From Dendrobates tinctorius (Eukaryota): a DNA stretch of 64,000 bases. The translations under genes were made by a program, and so were the position numbers. The notes under the pieces were generated by a model. It searched no databases and was not told the origin of the DNA. It was given only the letters and a program-made list of their open reading frames with translations. Of the stretch, positions 39,447 to 54,023 are shown piece by piece. How positions within the stretch are numbered: position 1 is the stretch's first letter; each line of letters opens with the position of its first letter. The stretch covers positions 2,976,001-3,040,000 of the forward strand of contig NW_027361869.1 in NCBI RefSeq assembly GCF_039654945.1, given 5' to 3'.

Positions 39447-40989
39447 CTGATCTTACAGATCTGCCGGGGACAAGGTGGTGACTGATCACACAGATCTGCC
39501 GGGGACAAGGTGGTGACTGATCACACAGATCTGCCGGGGACAAGGTGGTGACTGATCACACAGATCTGCCGGGGACAGGGTGGTCACTGATCACACAGAT
39601 CTGCCGGGGACAGGGTGGTCACTGATCACACAGATCTGCCGGGGACACGGTGGTGACTGATCACACAGATCTGCCGGGGCCAATGTGGTGACTGATCACA
39701 CAGATCTGCCGGGGACACGGTGGTGACTGATCACACAGATCTGCCGGGGACATGGTGGTCACTGATCACACAGATCTGCCGGGGACAAGGTGGTGACTGA
39801 TCACACAGATCTGCCGGGGACAAGGTGGTGACTGATCACACAGATCTGCCGGGGACATGGTGGTCACTGATCACACAGATCTGCCGGGGACAGGGTGGTC
39901 ACTGATCACACAGATCTGCCGGGGACAAGGTGGTCACTGATCACACAGATCTGCCGGGGACAAGGTGGTCACTGATCACACAGATCTGCCGGGGACACGG
40001 TGGTGACTGATCACACAGATCTGCCGGGGACATGGTGGTCACTGATCACACAGATCTGCCGGGGACATGGTGGTCACTGATCACACAGATCTGCCGGGGA
40101 CAGGGTGGTCACTGATCACACAGATCTGCCGGGGACAAGGTGGTCACTGATCACACAGATCTGCCGGGGACACGGTGGTGACTGATCACACAGATCTGCC
40201 GGGGACAGGGTGGTCACTGATCACACAGATCTGCCGGGGACAGGGTGGTCACTGATCACACAGATCTGCCGGGGTCAATGTGGTGACTGATCACACAGAT
40301 CTGCCGGGGACAGGGTGGTCACTGATCACACAGATATGACGGGGACACGGTGGTGACTGATCACACAGATCTGCCGGGGACATGGTGGTCACTGATCACA
40401 CAGATCTGCCGGGGACACGGTGGTGACTGATCACACAGATCTGCCGCGGACATGGTGGTCACTGATCACACAGATCTGCCGGGGACACGGTGGTGACTGA
40501 TCACACAGATCTGCCGGGGACATGGTGGTCACTGATCACACAGATCTGCCGGGGACACGGTGGTGACTGATCACACAGATCTGCCGGGGACATGGTGGTC
40601 ACTGATCACACGGATCTGCCGGGGACACGATGGTGACTGATCACACAGATCTGCCGGGGACATGGTGGTCACTGATCACACAGATCTGCCGGGGACACGG
40701 TGGTGACTGATCACACAGATCTGCCGGGGACAGGGTGGTCACTGATCACACAGATCTGCCGGGGCCAATGTGGTGACTGATCACACAGATCTGCCGGGGC
40801 CAATGTGGTGACTGATCACACAGATCTGCCGGGGACAGGGTGGTCACTGATCACACAGATCTGCCGGGGACACGGTGGTGACTGATCACACAGATCTGCC
40901 GGGGACACGGTGGTGACTGATCACACAGATCTGCCGGGGACATGGTGGTCACTGATCACACAGATCTGCCGGGGACCAGGTGGTGACTG
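39447..40989 (-). repeat. 35-bp minisatellite (about 44 units), inverted relative of the 36-bp family
   Basis: Plus unit ACTGATCACACAGATCTGCCGGGGACAAGGTGGTG; reverse complement CACCACCTTGTCCCCGGCAGATCTGTGTGATCAGT. Confidence 0.93.
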
Positions 40990-41896
40990 GAGCTGCTGAT
41001 GGATAAAGTCGGTCATTTCCCTGGACTCAGCCGTACATAAGATCATCAAAAGGAAGCCGCTTCTTTGGGATTCAGGTTTTGCTAAGGAAATGTAGGATCA
41101 CGTTCAATCACAAACCTCCTGGCTGACTCTGTGGAATTAATCTCTACCTAGATTGTAGGAATAAAATACTGGGGAGATGATCGGGAAAACATGGAGGGAT
41201 CAGCTCAGTTAAGTAGATGAATTCGTCTCGCCCGAAATGTCCCTTATAGGTTATTTCCCGGGCCAGTACATCGCCCAAAATACTGAAAATGTAGCAGTCT
41301 CCAGGTCAGACACATGGGGCACATTCCAGTATATGACTAATGCGGGTTCACTCTAAACATCTATGGGGGGCTTCTGGTGTAACTGGTGGATACTGATCCC
41401 CTTAACCAGAGACACCCAGAGGCTCCTGTATGGAAGGAAGGCAAGAGACCCTTAATCATTCATCATCCCAAGACTCCTGTGTTATATAAAGACAATCCGC
41501 GTAAGGAGAAAACATCAATCAGTACAAAGTTACAAGAGCAAAGATCTAACTGGAAATATCAGATGACATTAACTGCAGCAATCGACCACTGTTAACTCTT
41601 CACTGATACCATGTTCCAGAACTATGCGATTACTCCATGGTATACAAAAGCTGCTCCGTCGGTGATCACACACCAATGCGTCAACGGTTGGAGAACACAT
41701 CGCTTTCACCAGAGCAGAGATCAGCCTCAAGACATTAGAATCACTTCGAAAATGTGGGCGACATTGAGCCTGGTACTAATCAGCGCCTGATAAGGAGGAA
41801 TATCTTAGATACCGATAATTAACCTGGATTCAGAAAGCTTCTGGAACCAGAGAACATAAATCGGGAATCGTAGCCTCTCAGGTAGAAGATGTGGGT

Positions 41897-41912
41897 GGCT
41901 CTGAAAAGAGCC
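41897..41912 (-). terminator. Histone 3' stem-loop (H4 copy 1)
   Basis: GGCTCTTTTCAGAGCC then ACCCA, with a GAGAGGCT HDE-like element downstream. Confidence 0.93.
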
Positions 41913-41942
41913 TTTGGGTTGTCAGCACAGAAGAGAATACAA

Positions 41943-42365
<423 letters not shown>

Positions 42366-44141
42366 TTACAGAGTCCACATGAGCTCCTCCCTTCCTCTGC
42401 TGTTTGGCTGAGCACAGAACTGTTGGAGAGTTTGAATTTCCCGCTCATTGTTCAGTTTCCCTTTTCTTTCCAGCTTGTAATATAATGTCACTTCTTCCCC
42501 TGTGATGAGAATTATTCCAGATTCAGCCTATAGATAAATGGGCAGCACAAATAGAGGGGAGCAGACACGGCCCCAGTATATGTCAGGACAGAACAGACTG
42601 TAACCACAGATATTACAGGCAGCCGCCCAGGGGATCTCACACCGGTAGATACACTGCCTGATATAAGGCTCAGTCCTCAGTAATCACAGGATCTCCGGTT
42701 TTCATAGAGAATATTACATTTATATTAACCCCAGGGCTAAGCCCTCTCTGCCTTTATTCAGGTCTTATATTCCCGCATTAGGGACATTTGTGCTATGATA
42801 GGAGTCATCATTACTTCGGGCAATTATGACACTATTGTCCTTATATTTGTGTTTTCTTCTTCCCCTGGCAATGATTCTTTTTTCCACCACATCATAGCTC
42901 ACATTGCTGCAGAGTAGGGACCTGCTGTCAGCTACAATTAATTAGGAAAAACAATTATTAACATAATGACAGAAAAGGCTGAAAATCAGAGCTCAGCAGT
43001 GATCCTGACTGATCCCAGCCGCCAATATCGCCCCATATCCTGCAGTAATTATTTAAAAAACATCTGTGAGGAGGATGTGATGGGAGATGATGTCATGACA
43101 TGTCTGACCTAGAGGATCCTGACATCACAGTGTAATGTATTGTGCACTGAGCTCTCGGCAATCTTCTCTACATGATCGCACATTTCCCATCACAGACCTC
43201 CTGCCTGGAGCTGCAGGTGGGATCTGCTTGGAAGAGCAGAATTGGTCTCCCCTGAAATGTCTCTTGTAGGATACATCTCTAGCCAATATATTGTCTCCAC
43301 AATACGGATTATGACGAGAAAGGGAGATGTGATCGCCTGCAGGTCAGACACACGGGGCATCACAGCATCTGCCTAACGCGGATTCATTCTCTAACCAGGA
43401 ACAGCTGCAGACTCCTGTATGGGATGTAAGCGACCAGCGACCTCTCAACACCTGCAGATTCCCCGACATCGCTCCGTCCTGGGACCGCGCGTTATATGGA
43501 GACAAAGAACAGAAAAAGCGGGAGCTGCAAACGTGTCAACCATTGGGAACATTAGCTCCTCCCCTCCCTCTGCGGATTGGCTGAACACAGGACGGTTAGG
43601 GGGTTTGAATTTCCCGCTGCTTCTAAAATGTCGTCACCGCTTCCCTTTACAGTGAAGACTCCAGCATAATCTCTAGATAAAACTGCACCGACTACAAATG
43701 TCTCCTGTTATTTGAGAAAAACACGAGAATCATGAACTAAGTGTTGAAAGAGTTAAGCTAGTCAGCTCACGGAGAGTCTGGTACTGCGTGGGGGAGGAAA
43801 TTCACGCTCAAAGCATCCCGGCTTAGAAGGTGTTTTTAGTCATCATGGTGTATCATGAACTAAACCGAATCATGTTTCACCAAATGAAGGAGACCCCAGA
43901 ATATCGAGACCTGTGGAGCAAACGGTTAAATAAGAAATCCCTGAACAGAGCAACTCACCGAGAAATAACCAGATTATTACTGATGTTTCCCACCATCTCC
44001 GTCATTAGCATTAATCACCTCTACTTCCATCACCTGCAATTTCCCATCACTAGACGCAGAGACCCAGGCGGTGGAGCAGACACCTCAGGGAGATGAGAGA
44101 GAACACAGGAGCAACCATAGCTCTGATGGAGACGGGGTGGT

Positions 44142-44157
44142 GGCTCTTAGAAGAGCC
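44142..44157 (-). terminator. Histone 3' stem-loop (H2B)
   Basis: GGCTCTTCTAAGAGCC ACCAC ... CAGAGCTAT (HDE). Confidence 0.92.
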
Positions 44158-44192
44158 TTTGGGAGTGATGGCGGAGCAGCAGACTGAGCAGA

Positions 44193-44877
<685 letters not shown>

Positions 44878-45269
44878 ATGTCTGGACGTGGCAAACAAGG
44901 AGGCAAAGTCCGAGCTAAGGCCAAGACACGCTCATCCCGGGCAGGACTCCAGTTCCCAGTCGGCCGTGTGCACAGGCTTCTCCGCAAGGGCAATTATGCC
45001 GAGAGAGTTGGCGCCGGCGCTCCGGTGTATCTGGCCGCTGTGCTGGAGTATCTGACGGCTGAGATTCTAGAATTGGCCGGCAATGCTGCCCGGGACAACA
45101 AGAAGACCCGCATCATCCCCCGTCACCTGCAGCTGGCGGTGCGCAATGACGAGGAGCTCAACAGGCTGCTGGGTGGGGTGACCATTGCCCAGGGGGCCTC
45201 CTGCCCAACATCCAGGCCGTGTTGCTACCAAAGAAGACTGAGAGCAGCAAGGCGAGCAAGAGCAAGTGA
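44878..45269 (+). pseudogene. H2A: Histone H2A with a -1 frameshift in a G-run near 45192-45196 (pseudogene or sequence error)
   Basis: [44 protein letters not shown]...GGVTIAQG. Adding one G restores [24 protein letters not shown] with TGA at 45267-45269. The 158-aa ORF is the frameshifted reading. Confidence 0.93.
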
Positions 45270-45303
45270 GCGCCGCTCCTCCACATCTGTCCACACAACC
45301 AAA

Positions 45304-45319
45304 GGCTCTTCTAAGAGCC
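45304..45319 (+). terminator. Histone 3' stem-loop (H2A)
   Basis: GGCTCTTCTAAGAGCC ACCCA ... TAAGAGC (HDE). Confidence 0.92.
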
Positions 45320-45984
45320 ACCCACATCCTCCTCATAAGAGCCGACACCGCTGAGATCAGTGGATGGTGCACACTTGTGTCTGCACCAGGTGGTATATAG
45401 AGGTCATTCTATACACGATCCGTGCTCCATTGTACTGCGGTCACCACGGAGCAGAGATTCATGGCGAGAAATGAGTGATCCGTCTCCATGTTACTGACAT
45501 TACACACAGGAGGGATCTAGCAATGACCTCACAGCCTTCTACGCTGCATGGTTTACACTCCTGGCACCGCTGAGCAGCCGCTTACTGGATCTATGGGGAG
45601 AGAACCATTATCTGTCCCGATCACTGCACAGAGTCCTACTTCACTGAGGGCTAATTTCCAGCTATCTGCCGATGATTCTGACGCTGGTTCCGCCAGTGAC
45701 ACCCAACCCCCTCTCCTGGGCTTCTCCCTCCATCTACACATGCAGGAGGCTCCTCACTCACCCACTGATTATTCTGGGCGGATTCCCTGTGGGGTCAGCG
45801 CTGCACCGATCACAGATGGACGTCTTAGTATGAAGCCTGATCTGTTCTGGCAGGAGCCTGATGTGAGCGCTGCCGGGTCTCGGGTGGGGAAGTCGCCGCT
45901 TCTGTAAAGCAAGTGTGTAGTGGGGATCAGCAGATACACGGCCACTAAGGGGTTAAATGAAGGCGGATATACTTGTATCTGGTA

Positions 45985-46378
45985 CTAGCTGAAGAGCCCG
46001 GCGCTGCCCGGGCATAGTAACTAACTGGTTAGTTATAGCAAATTATAATTATCCTCCATCCCATAGGCCCGTGCCCATATACCCATCATACATATCCTCC
46101 ATCCCATAGGCCCGTGCCCATATATCCATCATACATCCTTCATCTCATAGTCCCGTGCCCATATACCCATCCTCCATCCCATAGTCCCGTGCCTATATAC
46201 CCATCATACATATCCTCCATCCCATAAGCCCGTGCCCATATATCCATCATACATCCTTCATCTCATAGTCCCATGCCCATATACCCATCCTCCATCCCAT
46301 AGTCCCGTGCCTATATACCCATCATACATATCCTCCATCCCATAGTCCCGTGCCCATATACCCGTCAAGCATATCCTC
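45985..46378 (-). mobile_element. Non-autonomous Helitron-type element: 3' end plus internal 32-43-bp minisatellite
   Basis: A|CTAGCTGAAGAGCCCGGCGCTGCCCGGGCATAGTAACTAAC is the reverse complement of the 4680-4734 end. It is followed by CCTCCATCCCATAGTCCCGTGCCCATATACCCAT repeats (46052-46378). Confidence 0.6.
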
Positions 46379-47189
46379 TCGGTCATTGGCTGATTACAGA
46401 TCCGTTGGTGATTTTGAATTTCCCGCTCACTCTTTGTCCGTCGGATTATTGCCGGCTCCTCTGCTTGTAGCGGCGATCGCTGTGTATACCGGTGGGGGCA
46501 GCTCTACCTCACCGATAATATAGGGTCCTGTCTGCCCCCTAACACGGTGATCGTTCTCCTGAGCGGCCGGCATTATTATTCTGGTGAAGGTTATACTTCA
46601 GAGGCGCCATCCATCCGAGACTTCAGTGCCACGACGCGGCGATCACATAGGAGTCTACAGAACCGGTACACAGTGCGCCCATCTATCCAGCGGCAGGACC
46701 GGAGGTTTCTACACAGAAAATCAACCTAGATTTATAAGAGACAGACAGGGAAGCAGACACGGCACCAGGAGATTCCAGGACTCGGGATAAAGTGGGATCT
46801 GCGTGGGAAAGCAGATTGATCTTTCCTGGTTAGGGTATGCTCCACAAAACTGTGTAAAAGACCCTAACTCCAGATCACACTGCGGCACATCCCAGTACCT
46901 GGATAATGCGGCTTCAATTATACCCATTGACCGGAGCCAATCTTGCTGAACCCCGGGTCTTCTATCAAAATGAGTTTCTCCTTAGCAGGGAAGCCGAGAT
47001 AATCTAGAGGCACTAAACCAAAAGATGGGAACCCGGAGCCGCGAATCGGCGCTAGAGAATCTGTAGAGAGCGGCGGCCGCCAATTGTAACTACAGTACGA
47101 GAAAACTATACCAAGAAAACAAAACCACCAACAGAAGACGTCACATCCCAGCACAGACAGGTGTAGCCTCTCAGGTAGAAGATGTGGAT

Positions 47190-47205
47190 GGCTCTGAAAA
47201 GAGCC
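47190..47205 (-). terminator. Histone 3' stem-loop (H4 copy 2)
   Basis: GGCTCTTTTCAGAGCC on the minus strand. Confidence 0.93.
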
Positions 47206-47237
47206 TTTGGGTTGTCAGGACAGAGAAGAGAATACAA

Positions 47238-47597
<360 letters not shown>

Positions 47598-47840
47598 TTA
47601 TATACAGTAGCGATGGACCAGAGAGAGAACTGCAGAGATGACGCGCCCCAGGGCGGGGCTTACAGAATCTACATTAGCTCCTCTCTTCATCTGCTGATTG
47701 GCTGAACACAGAACTGTTGGGAAGTTTGAATTTCCCGCTGATTGTTCAGTTTCTGCAGCTACTTTTCCAGGTCCTACTATAGGTAATTTCTTTCCTTCTG
47801 ACTGAAGGTATCCCAAGTATTCCAGATCATGGTGGATTAA

Positions 47841-48059
47841 CTCCTTCATGACCGGAGGTTTTTTTGATTTTTGATTTTTCGCTCCCTTCCTAGAGCCATA
47901 ACTTTTTTATTTTTGCGTAAATATGGCCATGTGAGGGCTTATTTTTTGCGGGAAAAGTTGTACTTTTGAACGACATCGTTGGTTTTAGCATGTCGTGTAC
48001 TCGAAAATGGGAAAAGATTCCAAGTGTGGTGAAATTGCAAAAAAAAAAGTGCAATCCCA
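47841..48059. mobile_element. End of a TTAA-targeting (piggyBac-like) non-autonomous element leading into the 21-bp minisatellite
   Basis: TTAA|CTCCTTCATGACC start resembles frog TTAA|CCCCTTC..GACC elements. Matching other end not found. Confidence 0.45.
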
Positions 48060-48487
48060 CACTGTATACTGTACACACTGTTTTATATACTGTACACACT
48101 GTTTTATATACTGTACACACTGCTCTATATACTGTACACACTGCTCTATATACTGTACACATGGCTGTATACACTGTACATACTGCTCTATACACTGTAC
48201 ACACTGCTCTATATACTGTACACACTGCTCTATATACTGTACACTTGGCTGTATATACTGCACACACTGCTCTATATACTGTACACACTGCTCTATACAC
48301 TGTACACACTGCTCTATATACCGTACACTTGGCTGTATATACTGCACACACTGCTCTATATACTGTACACACTGCTCTATATACCGTACACTTGGCTGTA
48401 TATACTGCACACACTGCTCTATATACTGCACACACTGCTCTATATACTGTACACACTGCTCTATATACTGTACACACTGCTCTATAT
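48060..48487. repeat. 21-bp minisatellite, left part
   Basis: (CTCTATATACTGTACACACTG)n. Confidence 0.95.
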
Positions 48488-49061
48488 TAAAAAAAAAGTT
48501 CAAAACCTTCATAACTGTCAGACGTGGTCAGGAACCAGTTAAACAACAATACAGTAATAGTTCCCCCACCAAAAATGAGGACTAGTTGAATAATAGTGGA
48601 GTACTCCCAATATCATGCAATTAGAGAAGAAAATAGAGTAACCATAAACCACAATATAATGTAGAAAAGATAAAATATAAATCTTTATTTTCACATATTT
48701 AAAAACATATCAGACATTTGTAGATACATATAATAGGTAAATATAGAAGGAATAATCCCAGTGTAGCACAAGGTAATCATCCCTACATATAAGGTGACCG
48801 CAAACAAGAAAACCATATGCTGCAAATACAAATAGAGATAATCCAAGCACCAAAATGTACTGTGCAACTATCCAGAGACAATGTCTCTATACTTAGACCA
48901 TAAACATAAAGGTGCTATATATCACATAGTGCCAAAGGAGTATAGGCAGCTTATGGATCAGAGGAATATATCAATCAATTCCGGGATCATACCCAGTATC
49001 CATAATGCTCATGCCACTTACCCATAAAGGGATAATAATGCAGGGGAGATACCGCGCTCAA

Positions 49062-49097
49062 CCCCGACGCGCGTTTCGCCTTGGCTTTCTCAAGGGG
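49062..49097 (-). ncRNA. Minimal type I hammerhead ribozyme (U3-A8 core variant)
   Basis: Minus strand CCCC-UUGAGAA-A-GCCAAGGC-GAAAC-GCGC-GUC-GGGG. Confidence 0.7.
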
Positions 49098-50712
49098 AGG
49101 TGCCTATCTATACTCAAGCACCCATATATAAATGCAGCATTCCAGGTGTTGTTGATCAAAAGCGGCGAATGCCCGGTGAGGCCGCAGGGTAACCGCGCGA
49201 TGACCCGCCGCCATCAGTGAGCAGCACGCATGTGGTGAAAAAACACCACTAGATGTCATCAACATGCACGCGACCCACAGTGTGATGACCGGAGCATCGC
49301 GACCAGTGACGGGCACACCGCGCATGCGCACAGGATCAGCGCCATTTTCTCAGAGACTCACTGCGGACAGCCATAATAATGGTGTCTAACAAATCATCAG
49401 GCCGCTAACAGACACGTAGTGGAAGGGGAGAGGGTAACATAAATGATATTAGGGTATCAATCCATAATTTTTAAAACAAGGGGATCCGTAAAACCCCCCA
49501 ATATATAATTATGACAATATATGTTTGGTCTCATAAATAAAGTGAGGTACAATAATATGGCGCCATATTAGAAGGAACCAAATCTAAGTGAGCTCGCTAA
49601 AGTAATAAAAGTGGTGCTGTACATAGATCATAAACAACTTCCACCATCATAAAGTACACTCTAAGGGGAAAAACATCTTAAATACACATACATATTGGGA
49701 TTAAATCGACAATTATATCCATATATCCCAAAATACAATAAACAAGACTTATAGCCCCAATTCTATGACAACTATAATAACGCACAAATTCAGTGCTAAT
49801 ATAAAGGTAGCATGTCATAACCAATATTAATCAATATTATCAATCAATCGAGCACATACTATCTAAAAAAAGGGGTGCCCCAGATCATAAATATAAATGG
49901 CATTAATGATACATATTGTTTAATATCAAACTTAAAATACAATAGATACCATAATATGTAATACTAGAGAGCACCATAAAATTACTATAAATAACAATAC
50001 ATCAATGAACAAATCTCTCTTTAATATCTGGGCACACTGAGACCAACAATATATGAGACCCCCCCCAATATATACTTTGGGATATATGGCTAAAATTGTC
50101 GATTTAATCCCAATATGTATATGTATTTAAGATGTTTTTCCGCTTAGAGTGTACTTTATGATGGTGGAAGTTGTTTATGATCTATGTACAGCACCACTAT
50201 TATTACTTTAGCGAGCTCACTTAGATTTGGTTCCTTCTAATATGGCGCCATATTATTGTACCTCACTTTATTTATGAAACCGGACATATATTGTCATAAT
50301 TATATACTGGGTTTTTTTTCGGATCCCCTTGTTTTAAAAATTATGGATTGATACCCTAATATCATTTATGTTACCCTCTCCCCTTCCACTACGTGTCTGT
50401 GAGCGGCCTGATGATTTGTTAGACATCATTATTATGGCTGCCCGCAGTGAGTCTCTGAGAAAATGGTGCTGATCCTGTGCGCATGCGCGGTGTGCCCATC
50501 AAAGGTCGCGATGCTCCGGTCATCACACTGTGGGTCGCGCACATGTTGATGACGTCTAGTGGTGTTTTTTCACCACACATGCGTGCTGCTCACTGATGGC
50601 AGCTGGTCATCGCGCGGTTACCGTGCGGCCTCACCGGGCATGCACCGCTTTTGATCAACAACACCTGGAACGCTGCATTTTTATATGGGTGCTTGAGTAT
50701 AGATAGGCACCT

Positions 50713-50748
50713 CCCCTTGAGAAAGCCAAGGCGAAACGCGCGTCGGGG
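50713..50748 (+). ncRNA. Minimal type I hammerhead ribozyme (U3-A8 core variant)
   Basis: CCCCTTGAGAAAGCCAAGGCGAAACGCGCGTCGGGG: stem I CCCC/GGGG, stem II GCC/GGC, palindromic stem III ACGCGCGT, predicted cut after GUC (50744). Confidence 0.7.
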
Positions 50749-51195
50749 TTGAGCACGGTATCTCCCCTGCATTATTATCCCTTTATGGGTAAGTGGCATG
50801 AGCATTATGGATACTGGGTATGATCCCGGAATTGATTGATATATTCCTCTGATCCATAAGCTGCCTATACTCCTTTGGCACTATGTTATATGTAGCACCT
50901 TTATGTTTATGGTCTAAGTATAGAGCCATTGTCTCTGGATAGTTGCACAGTACATTTTGGCGCTTGAATTATGTCTATTTGTATTTGCAGCATATGGTTT
51001 TCTTGTTTGCTGTCACCTTATATGTAGGGATGATTACCTTGTGCTACACTGGGATTATTCCTTCTATATTTACCTCTTATATGTATCTACAAATGTCTGA
51101 TATGTTTTTAAATATGTGAAAATAAAGATTTATTTTTTTATCTTTTCTAAATTATTTTGTGGTTTATCGTTACTCTATTTTCTTCTCTAATTGCA

Positions 51196-53335
51196 CACAG
51201 CTCTATATACTGTACACTGCTCTATATACCGTACACTGCTCTATATACCGTACACTGCTCTATATACTGTACACACTGCTCTATATACTGTACACTGCTC
51301 TATATACTGCACACACTGCTCTATATACTGTACACTGCTCTATATACTGTACACACTGCTCTATATACTGTACACATGGCTGTATATACTGCACACACTG
51401 CTCTATATACTGTATACACTGCTCTATATACTGTACATGCTGCTCTATATACTGTACATGCTGCTCTATATACTGTACACTGCACTATATACTGTACACT
51501 GTTCTATATACTGTACACACTGCACTATATACCGTACACTTGGCTGTATATACTGCACACACTGCGCTATATACTGTACACATTGCTCTATATACTGTAC
51601 ACACTGCTCTATATACTATACACTGCACTATATACTGTACACTGCACTATATACTGTACACACTGCACTATATACTGTACACATGGCTGTATATACTGCA
51701 CACACTGCTCTATATACTGTACACACTGCTCTATATACTGTACATGCTGCTCTATATACTGTACACGCTGCTCTATATACTGTACACATGGCTGTATATA
51801 CTGCACACACTGCTCTATATACTGTACACACTGCTCTATATACTGTACATGCTGCTCTATATACTGTACACTGCACTATATACTGTACACTGTTCTATAT
51901 ACTGTACATACTGCACTATATACCGTACACTTGGCTGTATATACTGCACACACTGCGCTATATACTGTACACATTGCTCTATATACTGTACACACTGCTC
52001 TATATACTGTACACTGCTCTATATACTGTACACTGCACTATATACTGTACACACTGCTCTATATACTGTACACATGGCTGTATATACTGCACACACTGCT
52101 CTATATACTGTACACACTGCTCTATATACTGTACACACTGCTCTATATACTGTACACTGCTCTATATACTGTACACTGCTCTATATACTGTACACACTGC
52201 ACTATATACCGTACACTTGGCTGTATATACTGCACACACTGCTCTATATACTGTACACTGCACTATATACTGTACACTGCACTATATACTGTACACTGCA
52301 CTATATACTGTACACTGCTCTATATACTGTACACACTGCTCTATATACTGTACACACTGCTCTATATACTGTACACTGTTCTATATACTGTACACACTGC
52401 ACTATATACCGTACACTTGGCTGTATATACTGCACACACTGCTCTATATACTGTACATGCTGCTCTATATACTGTACACTGCTCTATATACTGTACACAC
52501 TGCTCTATATACTGTACACGCTGCTCTATATACTGTACACTGCTCTATATACTGTACACTGCTCTATATACTGTACACACTGCTCTATATACTGTACACT
52601 GCTCTATATACTGTACACTGCTCTATATACTGTACACTGCTCTATATACTGTACACACTGCTCTATATACTGTACACTGCTCTATATACCGTACACTGCT
52701 CTATTTACTGAACACACTGCTCTATATACTGTACACTGTTCTATATACTGTACACACTGCACTATATACCGTACACTTGGCTGTATATACTGCACACACT
52801 GCTCTATATACTGTACATGCTGCTCTATATACTGTACACTGCTCTATATACTGTACACTGCTCTATATACTGCACACACTGCTCTATATACTGTACACAC
52901 TGCTCTATATACTGTACACACTGCTCTATATACTGTACACTGCTCTATATACTGTACTCTGTTCTATATACTGTACACTGCTCTATATACTGTACTCTGT
53001 TCTATATACTGTACTCTGTTCTATATACTGTACACACTGCTCTATATACTGTACACACTGCTCTATATACTGTACACTGCTCTATATACTGTACTCTGTT
53101 CTATATACTGTACACTGCTCTATATACCGTACACTGCTCTATTTACTGAACACACTGCTCTATATACTGTATACACTGTCCTATATACAATACACACTGC
53201 TCTATATACTGTACACTGCTCTATATACTGTACTCTGTTCTATATACTGTACACTGCTCTATATACTGTACACACTGCTCTATATACTGTATACACTGTC
53301 CTATATACAATACACACTGCCCTATATACAGTACA
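51196..53335. repeat. 19/21-bp minisatellite, right part
   Basis: Mixed (CTCTATATACTGTACACTG) and (CTCTATATACTGTACACACTG) units; source of the ALYTVHT/CSIYCTH ORFs. Confidence 0.95.
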
Positions 53336-53809
53336 CCCTCCTCTATTATCAGTGACACTTATGAGGCTGCTCACACTTATGCCAACTCATCCCTGCAGAG
53401 CTGTGAATACTCCGCACATACGGGGTACAGGGAGGTCACAGGTCAGGGAGGCGGCAGTCAGCGGAGCCATCGCCTGTGTTACCCTTCTGGGCTCTCAGCA
53501 GCTCCAGGTCGTCCCCACATCGTACAATCAGCGTCCTGTACGATAGACATTGTAGTAAAGATCCCTGTGATGGTGACAGGAGCCGGGAACAGGAGGAACG
53601 AGTTCCCCCAGCAGATGTATCTTCCCGGATACACAGCGATGTGCAGATCTGGAGGACGACGGCGATGATCCCGGGACCTCCTCTCCGCTCTTCCCCGGCG
53701 TCTCTGCTAGTGACAGCTACAGACGGTCGGTGGAGAAGATGGCGAAGAAGAAGCGGCGGAGGAAGCGCGCTCTGCTGTCCGGTGTCAGCCGGTAAAGGGC
53801 TTTTATTAC

Positions 53810-53955
53810 GGGCAGGGAAGCACAAGGGGAGAGCGGAGCTTCACTCGTTCTCAGCTGGGAAGAGGCGGGGCATGTATGCAGTGTCAGCCAATAGATGCTC
53901 AGGACGGTGTAGCTCAGCAGCCAATCAGTGCACAGTAAGCCTGTACATATAACAG
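53810..53955 (+). promoter_or_regulatory. Histone H1 promoter
   Basis: AAGCACA (H1/AC-box-like, about 53818), GC box GGCGGGG near 53863, CCAAT near 53888 and 53921, CATATAA near 53946. Confidence 0.65.
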
Positions 53956-54023
53956 ACTCCTCCAGCTCCGGCCTTAGTGTTTTCCTATCGGGAGATTTTT
54001 GTGTTTTGGCTCCGTAGCACAGG

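Larger units (their letters stand above)
48488..51195. mobile_element. Penelope-like retroelement remnant in inverted (foldback) arrangement, inserted in the 21-bp array
   Basis: Arms about 48616-49733 and 50075-51195 are reverse complements. Each arm holds a minimal type I hammerhead motif. AT-rich; no recognisable RT ORF. Confidence 0.7.

Noticed and set aside
44878-45354. Novel H2A variant with a long C-terminal tail (158 aa), and the 141-aa H3 ORF
   Set aside because: Both arise from 1-bp frameshifts; the canonical C-termini are present in the adjacent frame.
47890-53546. Cys/His/Tyr-rich ORFs (CSIYCTH, ALYTVHT) resembling metal-binding proteins
   Set aside because: Translations of a 19/21-bp minisatellite, open in all three plus frames.
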